The notes under the pieces are model-generated. The model was not told the origin of the DNA. It did no database searches and saw only the letters and a list, made by a program, of their open reading frames with translations. DNA of 62,920 nucleotides, the filler included, from Collodictyon triciliatum (lineage: Eukaryota), in NCBI GenBank assembly GCA_043381765.1. It is 17 parts of 17 records of this genome, joined end to end, with 100 filler letters (N's around TTAATTAATTAA, not from the genome) between each part and the next. Parts side by side here need not be neighbours in the genome. Positions count along the whole stretch, not along the records: positions 11,733 to 15,540 come from JBHJMP010006846.1; positions 15,641 to 19,447 come from JBHJMP010006847.1; positions 19,548 to 23,354 come from JBHJMP010006849.1; positions 23,455 to 27,260 come from JBHJMP010006850.1; positions 27,361 to 29,319 come from JBHJMP010006852.1; 12 more parts are not named here. One strand, written 5' to 3'. The position numbers and the translations under genes are program-made. Of this stretch, positions 11,938-27,415 are shown piece by piece; positions within the stretch are counted from its first letter, which is position 1; the number at the start of each line of letters is the position of its first letter.

Positions 11938-14900
11938 AATAAATTATGGCTCTTCAAATCGCGATGGATAATTGCAGGCTTCGAGCAGTGAAGGAAATTC
12001 ATGCCTCGGGCTGCATCTTGTGCCATCCTCAAAATTAATTTCCAATCCAATCCGGGCCCATGCTAAACGTGATATAAAAAAGGAACATATGAATACACAA
12101 GATAAAAGGACAAAAGAAGAAAATTCAATTTCCATTAGCCAGCCGAAATAGTCGAAAGCAGCTTCACCTGGTTGTGGAGAACCTCATAGAGACTGTGCCT
12201 GGGCATGTACTCCATGCATATACAAATATTCGGAACATAGATACATGCTCCAAGGAAATTGATGATATTGGGATGACGTAATGAACTGGCAAGTAAATCA
12301 TATAAATTATCTTGCGTGTGTTATCGGATACAGAATGAAAGCATCTCATAAAGTTGATATTATTTGCGACATTTTGGGGGTTGAAAAGAAAAGTCTTCAG
12401 TGAAAGACTGTATGGGTGTACCTGTGCAGCAGCATTTCTTCTGATATATCCTTACAGGCACCGGAGCCAAGATTTTGATAGGACATGTGGAGTTTTTTAA
12501 CCGCAACCTCAGTTCCGTTCCATATCGCCCTATGAACTTCACCCATTCCGCCCATGCCGATACACTCGAACATTTCGATTTCAGAGTAGTCAATGATCTT
12601 GACCTGTGGGTCAACCATCAACGCATTCTCATCTGGATTGCCTATGTTTTTTTTTCTTTTTTTAAACGAATGGTCGACATTAAATTATAAAAGAAATCAA
12701 ATAAAAAGAGTACTCTGCATTCTGTCGTATCTTGTCATAGGTTGGGCTTGCTTCTTCTTGTAATATACTACGGCTAACAAAGCGACAGCCCCAACTGATA
12801 CAAACATCGTTGCCACAAAAATTGGTAAAGGAATGCTAAGATCAGAATCAGATTCGTTTCCATCGCCACCAGGTATTGGAGTGGGTGAATTTATATCTAA
12901 TTGAAAAGGTTCATTCATGGGCGAGTGAAGTGTATATTTAAAATACAAATTCTCTCAATTTGGTTTCAAATGCGACTAAACAAATAACAATAACAATAAC
13001 AATAACAATAACAATAACAATAACAATAACAATAACAATAACAATAACAATAACAATAAGGTATTAAAAAGTTTTTCGTATTTGAGAAAAAGGTTATTTG
13101 AAAGAAGAAATGCGTAATATAGAAAAATTAAAACATGATTTATTATTTTTTTAGCTTTGAAGTTGCATATTCGAAAATATAACCATATTTACCCTCAGTG
13201 GGAATTCGAACGCTGACAAAAATGGGAAACAATCCATCAGATGGATTATCAAAATATCCTTGTCCTCCCCAAATAGAGATGTTGTTATCAACATCTAGAG
13301 CCGCAGAATAGATAAAGTCTTCGGGTACTCTCAAAGCCACTTTACCCATGTAAACAGGGGTTGGCGTCGTGAAATCAACCAGATAGATGTAAGCAGGAGC
13401 AGACCTCGACCTTCACAAAAAAAAAAAAAAATAATAAAAAAAATTCAAATTTAACCTATATTGCTCGGGCTTGCATAAGGCACAAGTTAAAACCCAAATG
13501 ACCATTTCTTAATAGTACTTTTAATTGCATTTAAAAATGTGATTGTAAATATACGATATTCGCAATACGTTGGAATGGAAGCAAAAGGAATATCCATACA
13601 TGAATACATGAACAAATGAACAAATGAACAAACGAACAAACGAACAAACGAACAAATGAACAAATGAACAAATGAACAAATGAACAAATGAACAAATGAA
13701 CAAATGAACAAATGAATTAATACCCCACATATCCAAATGACGTGCGAGAGTCGAACAAAGAGACAGTCAAACTCTGTTCTCCATCATTGAACTTTAAGGA
13801 TTGACTGAGGCTAAAGTTGTAAAGATTCACTGGTGTAAGGCCAGCTGTGCGAGTATCAAGAGGGAGGTATGCGTAATCATAAATTGGATCATATATCACG
13901 CTTCTAACACGCCCTTCTGATCGTATCAGATTCAGGGTAGCATTAATGGTCACCGTCTGTGTGTTGATCTTAACAATCTTCGGGTCCAACAGAGAGTACG
14001 AGACAAAGTAAACAAATTCTGAGTTCTTGTCCACAAACCCGCTACTGGGATTAACGTTTAGAGGAGTTGGGAGGCTATTGATAACATTAAAGTTTTCTGT
14101 GATGTTGACAGAATAAAAAGCATTTGCTCGACTCTGTGAGGCGATAAATAGCATTTTCCCTTCGTCTAAAACCATGGTTATTCGCCCATCAGGAAACGTG
14201 TAATTTAGAGCGGCCTCTGTTTCAAAGGTGGACGGGTTTAACCGAAATACCTATATTTTTTTGCAATATAAATATGATTATCAAGAATCAGAGTAGGAAT
14301 ATAAAATAATTATGACGACAAATAATGATTCCTCATATCCATAAGTCATATGACAATACCCTGGAGGATATCGTATCATTTAAATGGAGTCGAACAGTTT
14401 CTGTCGTTGCGACATATAGACCTCTGAGAATGATTTCTCCATTATAGTTTACATCTGCACATGTATACAACTCACTCAATCAAACGAGTAAATAATAGTA
14501 ATAATAGTAATAATAGTAATAATAGTAATAATAGTAATAATAGTGATAATAGTGATAATAGTGATAATAGTAATAATAATAAATTAATGTTTTGGTGTGC
14601 GCCAGTAAACAGATAATACATTTTCATAAAGAAGGCTCAACAGCAGGAATAGGAATGAGACTACTCACATACCAACCAACATAAATATGGAGAAGCATAT
14701 TGAAATATTGAATGGTAACAACAAAATTAAAAAAAAGAAAGGAAAAGCAATTAAGGACAAAAAGATGGTGTGTGGAGTGGAGAATACCTTCGGGCTGAAA
14801 GACGGCAGAGCAGACGGGCGAAGAGAAATTGAACTGAAAGTGCTGAACCGCCTGCAGATCAAGAGAGTCCATGAAATAGACGCGAGAGTCTGGCCCGTTT

Positions 14901-15142
14901 GCTTCAACCACAAAAAGATTGCGCCGTTCGATGGGATCATAGAAACCAGCGATGGGGATGCCCGTTGCGTTGATGGAGACCGATTCGAGCCTTTCAAACT
15001 CGCCTTTTATCAAGGCCTTTGGCGGGGCTCCGAACGGAATACACACAGCCTCCCATGCGAAGGACAGCACAAACAGACTTGTAAGTGAGTGGACAAGGAT
15101 CAAGTTGCTCTTTTCTGGCCTCAAAGGTCGAGACATCTGCAT
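11938..15142 (-). CDS. Single-pass receptor kinase: signal peptide, beta-propeller-like ectodomain, TM, TKL kinase; 3' end missing
   Basis: Hydrophobic N-terminus; TM IFVATMFVSVGAVALLAVVYYKKK; kinase exons IGMGGMGEVHRAIWNGTEVAVKK, LRHPNIINFLGAC and DAARGMNFLHCSKPAIIHRDLKSHNLL. Confidence 0.85.
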
Positions 15143-15340
15143 TTCATATCATTATGTCAGTTTGCTTTCTGTGGCACTGTGGGGACAGAGCAGAGTCTAT
15201 TGCGAAAAGGGTGAGCAGCAAGGACAGGAAGAATATCATTGTTATATTAAAAAATGTAATAAGATCATCAAATGTAAATAAAAGATAGAAAAGAGAAAAA
15301 AAAAGAGAAAAAAAAGAGAAAAAAAAGAGAAAAAAAAGAG

Positions 15341-15386
<46 letters not shown>

Positions 15387-15691
15387 GAAAAAAAAGAGAA
15401 AAAAAAGAGAAAAAAAAGAGAAAAAAAGAGAAAAAAAAGAGAAAAAAAGAGAAAAAAAGATAAAACAAAGAGAAAAAAAGATAAAACAAAGAGAAAAAAA
15501 GAGAAAAAAAGAGAAAAAAAGAGAAAAAAAAGAGAAAAAANNNNNNNNNNNNNNNNNNNNNNNNNNNNNNNNNNNNNNNNNNNNTTAATTAATTAANNNN
15601 NNNNNNNNNNNNNNNNNNNNNNNNNNNNNNNNNNNNNNNNGAATGACAATCACTACGCCTTTCATGTGATTCTTTTTTTATATAAAAATGC

Positions 15692-15806
<115 letters not shown>

Positions 15807-18794
15807 GGGGAAAGGTATGATTTTCACAATATTGCAGTCCTTATTTTCATTTATAATATAATTATACATTCACAATTATATATGAATTAAGTAAATTTTT
15901 ACAGGATGTGAGTCCTTTTTGTTGCCCAGCAAGATGTTGTCAGCTTGTATAATCAAGTTTTAAAAAAAGGTTGGTAAAGAAAACCGTTCACCCTCATCGG
16001 TTCTACTTTTAACAGAAAATAGTTATAATCTACGATGATTCCATGTTTCAAGCCAAAACTTACAGCATATGCAATTAAACACAATATTTCAAAAAATAAT
16101 GATATTGAAAGGAAAGGTGGTATGCTTTAATTGTTAAATATATTCAAATACAACATTCTGCATAAAATGATGTAAGATAGAAACCTGTCCTATATGTCCA
16201 GTAATCATATGTATGGTCGACTATGGCATACCTTCTCACGACATCATCAGGATTGTTATTAAACCTTAACAAGTATAATGAACGATTATCATATGTTTAT
16301 ATACCTGGGATTTAGGACATACATAATATAAAGAAAAAAAGGTTATGCGCCTTCTATTGCATCTAATATTATCTATTGAAGTGTTACTCAATCCATCCGT
16401 ATCATTTTTTCATACCCTCCACCTATGATTCTGGTAACTGAAAAGCATTACACTATTTTGTTTCGTTTTGTTTTGTTTTGTTTTGTTTTGTTTTGTTTTG
16501 TTTTGTTTTGTTTTGTTTTGTTTTGTTTTGTTTTGTTTTGTTTTGTTTTGTTTTGTTTTGTTTCCCTATCATCAGCGACTATAACTTTTGATACACAGCC
16601 AAACAGTAGAAGCAAAACACAAAAAAGAAACCCCTTTCGTTCGTGCGATTTCTGCTCATCAATTAAAAAAAAAAGACTGCTCAAGTGTGTTTTGCTTGTG
16701 TTGAGAATGCTCATATCCGCCCTCCTTCTCGCGTTTATGTTGATTATTATAGGCTTTTCTGTCGACCTGCTTCAACCTTTGTGTAGTTGTGTGAGCGGTG
16801 TTGTGTGACCGCGCCCTTGAATCTGAACACTGTTGACGTGATTGCCTATGCGTTGTTTGTCATGCATAATTGTACACAGGACATTCTCCCGCTATGACAG
16901 ACTGGCGAATACACAACTATATGGGTTGACCTTGCCTACAGTTTCCTCACACAACACAACACAACAAACAAACAAAAAAAAATATGACTCGTAGAAAAGA
17001 AACATGTCGTCTTTGTTGTTTTCCATTTTCTTTCTGTTTTTTATTTTGTTTATTTTTGTTTATTTTTGTTTATTTTTGTTTATTTTTATTGTTTTTTTAT
17101 TTTTTTATTGTTTTCTTTTATATTTTTATTTATATATATTTTGTTTCTCATTTTCTCGCTCTTCTTTGCTCATCTACACTTTCTGTTATGTATTTATTGA
17201 AGTAATGATTTGGGCTTTAAAGTTGTTCAGTCATAACATAATATCTCGATAAGATCCTTTTATAAACCTTATCACCATCCTATATTCAAAAATGATAATT
17301 ATACTATTGTAGCATTTATCAATATTTAACACCAGAGAAGGCTGGAATAAAACGGTAACTATCAATGTTACAAACTGCCACCCACTGCTAATCTTACATA
17401 TTATGTAGCAGATATGCACAGTCATCCATGAAGCATACCTCAAGTCGGCTGCATCCGTGAGCAATTATTGACATATCCTAATAATAAAATCTTGTGAAAA
17501 AAAAGACATTTTTATTTATTTTAAGATTGTAATCTGCTAAACAATTTTATTCTACAACACTTTTTTAAAATATGGAATTATTTAAGCACGACGGCTCATA
17601 ATCAAGTTCAAATAAATTGAGGTTGGTAACCTGGGGTAAGTGTGTTTTTGTCAAATAGTTCGGTATTTTCAAGCAGCACTGTACACGACTTCCATTTGCA
17701 CACTCAATATAGTCGACTTAAGTGTAAGACTATTTTTTATGCCTTAGGCGATTACAAATCTTTCTTAAAGTTTAATCATGTCCATCATCATTCAAGTATC
17801 AATGTATTCGTTATGTTACGCGTATGTGCATTAGAATATGGCCAATGGAAAATAAATTGACTCAAAACCAAAAAATATGTCTAGCAAATAAAGTTATTTT
17901 TAACCTTTTAATCATACATCAGTAATTAAACGAATTAATACCATGATGAAACAAAAAATAATCAAGATATAAGCAAGACAAAAATACCAAATTATGTCTT
18001 CAAGTAAAAAAAAAACATGGAACATAATTACATAGACCTGAAAAATTATTATATCTTTTACATAACTTAACATAAAATGCCCATTCTTAATGGCAATAAG
18101 ATATTGCCTTGGCATCATAATACTATCAAGCCATACTCACTCAAGCATATTATATATTTTGGGCCAAATACTGCAATTAAAAAATTCACCAAAATTTATC
18201 CGCACTGCAAATATGTATACACCCTAATCTACAACTTAATGCTATACGAAGAGAATAAACTCTCGAAAGTATTTTAAGCATGCCAAAAAAACCTGCTCAT
18301 AAGTTTAACGCATGTCAAAGGATATTTGCAACTATTTTAAATCGTGTTATTGTCACCATTGGTAATAAAAGTATATCACTCTAATACTTTAAAATAAATA
18401 AATAAATAAAAATGTACCAAATAATCAAACACAACGCTTTAAAAAAAAAACAAATATATCAAAGATAACTAAGTTTCAATAAAATAAATTCATAAACAGT
18501 TTCTTTCTAGCAAAATTGCCCAATCATTTTTCTGTTGGCCACCAATCACAAAGACCAATATGTAATAGATAGCACAGTATAAACCATATTTCCGGCACAA
18601 ATACTAGTTATTCACTTTCATCATACTGGATTTTTTTAAATAATCAAATTCTAAACATAAATTTTACAAATAATATATTTCAAGAACCATGAATATATTC
18701 TTTTAATATTATATTCATTTCGTCTCAAATAATAATAATGAGACACTTGATTTACTCGACCATTCAACTCTTCTTGATAAGTCATTCACAAATG

Positions 18795-19346
18795 ATGCAA
18801 AATAAGATTTTGATATATCAATAAGCCACTGCACACTGCAAGCGTAATCGCGGTCTTCAAGAGCTAACAATGATAATGCGGCCCATACACTATTTTTATT
18901 TAAAAAAATCACAATATTTACGCATTAATGATGGTGTTGCTGATACACACAAATCATAGCAATAATAATAATGATTATAATAGATTAACTGGTTACATTT
19001 TTTCCTTTATTCGATTCAAAGTGCAGCTAGGTTATGCCATACAAAAAATGAACTGGTTACATAAAGTTGAACATAAAACTCATCGATAATTAATTATTTT
19101 TTTGTTGTTGTCAATTTGTCGTTAGCGCATCCCTATATTTAACCTACCTACACCGTCTTAAAGTTCGATATATCTTAATAAATAACATGTGCATAGCCAT
19201 ATTGTACTTTATTTCGATTTAGAAAAATTGCCTTTCTATTACTTTTTCATTTTTTTTCTTCCTTTCAATTTGTCCAAAATGACGGAGGTTTTGTATTTGA
19301 TGCATTACCTTTTCTTCTACAGTCCAATAATACAGTTGTGCCTTCG
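18795..19346 (-). repeat. Duplicated multi-exon gene segment (paralog at 49884-50427)
   Basis: The DNA is highly similar. Both copies encode KAQLYYWTVxExVxHQxQxLRHFGQIE and SVWAALSLLALEDRDYACSxQWL. Confidence 0.85.
18987..19062 (-). mobile_element. About 50-nt retroelement 3' stub with a 12-bp TSD (AACTGGTTACAT)
   Basis: TSD copies at 18987-18998 and 19051-19062 flank the conserved tail plus polyA. Confidence 0.85.
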
Positions 19347-19569
19347 CTAGCGAAGGCGGTTTCCTCGGCAAGCGAAGGCGGTTTCCTCGGTTTTGTTTTT
19401 TCTCAATAAACTGTTGAAAAAAAACAAAAAAAAACAAAAAAAACAAANNNNNNNNNNNNNNNNNNNNNNNNNNNNNNNNNNNNNNNNNNNNTTAATTAAT
19501 TAANNNNNNNNNNNNNNNNNNNNNNNNNNNNNNNNNNNNNNNNNNNNAAAGTGAGAAAATAATAATGGA

Positions 19570-19606
<37 letters not shown>

Positions 19607-19631
19607 GGAAGACAAAAAAAAAATATGGGAG

Positions 19632-19705
<74 letters not shown>

Positions 19706-20246
19706 AAAAAAAAAAAAAAAAACGAAAAACGGTAGTCCGCATAATGATATTGGAGTGCCACAAACAGAGTTGACAAACGTCGACGTCGCCATGTTTGTTT
19801 TCAATAAGGAAAGTTAAAAATGAAAGAAGAACACGAAAACAGTACGTGGATTATAGCGAGCGTATTTGGCAGAGGTGAGGTATCCACAGCGAATAGAAAA
19901 GGAAAAAATAGAAACATGACAAGGTAAATGAAGTTTATCCCACCGTATTTGATAAAATGGGTGGACATCCGGATATTGGTGCCGGAGGAAAACGTTCATA
20001 TCATGCACATCTTATCACAAGGTGTCATTTCCGAGCGATTTCATTAGCAATTCTTTTTATCATCCTTTACTGCTTTATTTTCTTTCTTTTTTTCTTTTTT
20101 CTTAGTCTTGTTTTTGTTCTTCCTTGGGTTTATCTTTTCGTAAGATATTGATTTAACTCAAACGATGGCTAGCGAACCAAAGCCAACACCCCCCTCCCCT
20201 CGGTCCTGCACAAAAGTTGAAAGGAAGAATAAAAAAAAATATTGAT

Positions 20247-22833
<2,587 letters not shown>

Positions 22834-23639
22834 AGTCCAGAACTTTGACTGAGAGGAAAGTTAGTGGACGCATCAGTTGATGGGTTGTGTAGTCCGAGAG
22901 GCCTTTTCTGTCCATAAGAGAAGAAAAAGAAGAGAAAAACACCCCCGCCGAAGCTTTATATTTTTACTTCTTTCTAATTTTTTTCTATGCATTCCTCTTA
23001 TTTTTATTGCTTTCACGTGATTTGTTTCCCTGATAAGCGCGAAACTTGTCCAATCTATGACAACTGTTTCAAATATCCAAATACTCATGGCATGAAAGGT
23101 CGGTCTCTAAAAACGGGAATCGTACGGCCGAGTTGATGGCAGCCAAAACTCTTGGGGAAACAGAAGAAGCTAGCACCCTTGCTTTCTTTTCTTTTTTTCT
23201 CCTTTTTTCTTTTTCTTTTTCTTTTTCTTTTTCTTTTTCTTTTTCTTTTTCTTTTTCTTTTTCTTTTTCTTTTTCTTTTTCTTTTTCTTTTTCTTTTTCT
23301 TTTTCTTTTTCTTTTTCTTTTTCTTTTTCTTTTTCTTTTTCTTTTTCTTTTTCTNNNNNNNNNNNNNNNNNNNNNNNNNNNNNNNNNNNNNNNNNNNNTT
23401 AATTAATTAANNNNNNNNNNNNNNNNNNNNNNNNNNNNNNNNNNNNNNNNNNNNAGAGACAGAGACAGAGACAGAGACAGAGACAGAGACAGAGACAGAG
23501 ACAGAGACAGAGACAGAGACAGAGACAGAGACAGAGACAGAGACAGAGACAGAGACAGAGACAGACTTACACAGTTAAGTATATCTTGTTGTGAAATGAT
23601 ATATACGAAATAATGTGTCTATTAATTAAATTCTCAACC

Positions 23640-25888
23640 TGCTATGTCATAGAACAAACACAACGCGGCCAACAGTAAAAGGTCGAATTCCGCCCTTGTT
23701 ATTCTGACCTCGCAAGAGTTCTGAGCCATCCAGCGAAGTGTCAAAGCCGGGATGAGGAACTAATATAATATAATGCACTCATACATACACATTTAAAGAA
23801 AAGTGTAAACAATCTCAAATATAAAAGTGACTTATATTTCGAAAATAAGTTTGGAAAATAATAAACACCTGTCGAGGTATTATGGATTTGAAGAGATGGC
23901 CATCGATTGTGGTATAGCTAATGAGTTTTGTAATCAGAGTTTCTTCGGTGTCACCGACACATGGGAAATATTCAGTCAAGTCTAAAGGAAAATATCCATT
24001 AATATTGAAATCAAATAGTATAATATCATTGATTCTCTTTCTTTTTTTCCTTTATTCGACTCAAAGACATTGATTCTCATCTTGATTTTTGTGATTGCCC
24101 TGTAAATATATGGCCTCATAGTCAAAATATCTGAGGTAATTGAATATGATAAACTGTACCAGGGAAGTCGGTTAGTTGAATAGTATCAGAAACCAGGGCA
24201 AATTTACTGTCATATTTGACAACGTTAATACCTTTTGGTAATTTATGTCAGGAGTGATTCATTACATAAATATTGATTATTGGACAGAGAAAATCAAAAA
24301 TGATGAGATGTTGTTCGTTAAAGTACATAAATACTGCTTCGGACGGTCTATGAATTCATACCTGCACTGCTATTGATATGAGCCTTCCAAAGGTAAATGA
24401 CTTTCCTTGTTAGAGATTCTACTATTGAAGGCATGTCTGAATCTCCGTCACTAATTACGAGAGGAAATTCGAATGAAGATTCCATTATCAATCTCATCGT
24501 GGCATTGTCTGTTACAGACGAGTGATATAAATTCCAAAATGTGTCCTAGTTTGACAATCGCAACATATTAGTCTCAGACAAGGTCGACATTGAATAACGC
24601 GGGGTATAAAAATCAGGACCAAAAATAAATTTTCCATATCTTCGATATGAATACTGATTCAAAAAATGTGAGCATCTGTTTGAGGGAATAACATACCAAC
24701 ATGAAAGGTGGGATTAGATTTTCTCTAATGCATCGATCTCTGAAATCAATCGCTGTACGATTAGTGTACTCGTTGACGTGGAACCGGATTGAATCTAGAA
24801 TAATGTTTAAGGTTACGCGAATCATGTGACAGTATCCGTGTCTGTCTGGTGAGTTTGAGTAATTTTTTTTTGAAAATAGTCAACAAAACTGTGCAAATAG
24901 AAAAAGGACCAACCTAAGATAGCTATAGGTGCTTTTAGACCATCAATTATCTTCGGTGTGATAATCGTAGGGCAAATGCATGAGTTATCAAACGAGATAT
25001 TACCATTGAAAAGGGAAGAATTCGAATTCAAAGAAAGATACGTTTCATACTGGAAAAAAAATCACCTGCTGAATAGTCCAAGATTTCCTCGATTGTAAAT
25101 AAAGTACAATAGCATACATTTTATCTGGCAACAAAATCTCATTGGCAGACCTAAAGACAAGGAGGATGTAATTAAATGCTTACGTAGTTAGTATTGCATA
25201 AAATGTTAAAAAAAAATCAAAAATAAACAATTCATTACTTAGGAAAAATATCAGTCAATCGTCTATAATTGCCCCGGATTTTTATAAACGCCACGATTAA
25301 TGGTATGTGCTAGAGTGTCATAATCAAGGACTGAATATGGTGCATCGGAATAGGATACAAGCAAGTGGTGGATGTAAAGAAAAAGTGTATTGAATGATGG
25401 TAAAAAATATAGTGTTGAGAATGGTTTTAGATTGGCCTTATGTTGGGTGGCTGGCATGGACACAAACCTCTCTATTGATATTATTTTGATCAGCAAATCT
25501 CCATGGAGACTTCAGGCAGTACTTGTCACGGAATAAACTTGAAGAAGCAGATTTGGACAGGGGGTATTGGATGATTCCTTTAGAGAAATAAAAAAAATTA
25601 TCAAGAGAAAAAAATTGTAACATATGACTTCGGTGGCTAGACCCCATTTTGTATTATTTTTGTTATGGAAAGGTAAATTTGATTCCCTATAGCTAAATAA
25701 TATTGTTTGTAAATTACCCGGCGTGTTGAAGAAATATAAATCAGTGTCTTTGGTAAATATCCCCAGGCACCCTATTGTAAGATTTGTCAGATACGAATAA
25801 ATGTGAAGTATTTCAGAACGCTTTCGTCCGGGCAGTTCTGTTCCAAAAAAAAGTGTAAAAAAGATATGGTATCCTGAAGGACATTGGG

Positions 25889-25919
<31 letters not shown>

Positions 25920-26486
25920 TAATAATAATAACGATGATGGAATTAACTTTAGGGCATTACCATCCAGGTTAGAGGCATAGAGCCCCATATCGAGATCAGA
26001 CTCTCCGTGTGTGCGATAGCAATAGAAAACAATCGCGCTTAGTATTTCATCCCTGACAAATAAAAATAAACATTAAACCCTTTCCAATACTGTCAGGATA
26101 TATCTCATCAACTTATAAACGCTTATATAACTAATGGAAAAAAGTAGTCCATGGAAGCCTATCTCAAACATTTTAGAAAAAAAAAAGAGGGAGTTTTGGG
26201 TGAATAACTACTGGGTTGGAGTTCTCAATCCAAGAGACGCAGTGTATTCGTTCGAACAATTGCCGATAACTACAGGATATTCCTTGCCAAATCGAAAGAA
26301 TGCGATTGTGAAAGCATCCTGTAATATCATGATTTTTTTCTTACGATACGAAGAGTTTGATGTTTCGAGTAATTTTTGTTCTTGTATATTGTGTCGTGTA
26401 GATAAATAATAAAAAATAAAAATAAAAAAAGGGGCGTTGTAAAGAGGGAGAGAGATGACAGAATAACAATAATAATAATAATAATG

Positions 26487-26519
<33 letters not shown>

Positions 26520-26750
26520 GGCCCTAACACAAATAGAAAAAAAACGAACCTCTATTTGCGGGATTATGGTAACCATATCCTCATATCTTTCTCCATCTGT
26601 AAATGGTGGTCTAGAGCTCATTTTTCCTTGTGTGGTTTCTTTATTTAGCTTTTGCAACGATTTTAAGTGCGATGTTTTCCTTTTATTCTCCTCTTGCGCT
26701 TTGTCCTCGCCACTTATCCCTATGTTAGTCATTAATGTATTTGCCATTGG
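23640..26750 (-). CDS. Unknown multi-exon protein, probably disrupted by an insertion
   Basis: A series of GT-AG bounded open exons (e.g. HMIRVTLNIILDSIRFHVNE, ITKIKMRINDIILFDFN). No family recognised. Confidence 0.4.
24027..24078 (-). mobile_element. 30-nt retroelement 3' stub with an 11-bp TSD (CATTGATTCTC)
   Basis: TSD at 24027-24037 and 24068-24078 around TTTCTTTTTTTCCTTTATTCGACTCAAAGA. Confidence 0.85.
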
Positions 26751-27415
26751 TCCAACGTACACTAAGTGGATATTATTTTCGAGAACAAAAAAATCAGGCC
26801 CCCTCCCGCCCTCCTCATGTGTGTCATGATGAACTCGTGTGTGTGCATGTGTATGTGAGCATGTGTGCATGTGTATGTGTGTGTGTGGATGTGTGTGTAT
26901 CTGTGAAAATGATGATAAATTGGAAAGTTAAAGACGAACCATTAAGGAAGATATGCAACTCAATACCAGCCATGTAGAATTTGCACAATACATCATAGAA
27001 GGTTTTTTCGAGCTATATGATGATGAATGAGAGAATCCAATTAGGACATATAACGGAATAAGAATTGCGAAAGGGTCAAAACATGGCAGCATTAAATAAT
27101 CGAACAGACGGAATAGATATTGCTGCTGATTTTACTGGATATTTGTTTGTTTGTTTTTTTGTTTGTTTGTTTGTTTTTTTGTTTGTTTGTTTGTTTGTTT
27201 GTTTGTTTGTTTGTTTGTTTGTTTGTTTGTTTGTTTGTTTGTTTGTTTGTTTGTTTGTTTNNNNNNNNNNNNNNNNNNNNNNNNNNNNNNNNNNNNNNNN
27301 NNNNTTAATTAATTAANNNNNNNNNNNNNNNNNNNNNNNNNNNNNNNNNNNNNNNNNNNNAAAAAAAAAAAAAAAAAAAAAAAAAAGACTTTTGCGATGT
27401 AAATAATAATAATAA

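Noticed and set aside
25263-25345. Bromodomain-like LDYDTLAHTINRGVYKNP
   Set aside because: The following exon lacks the remaining bromodomain motifs.
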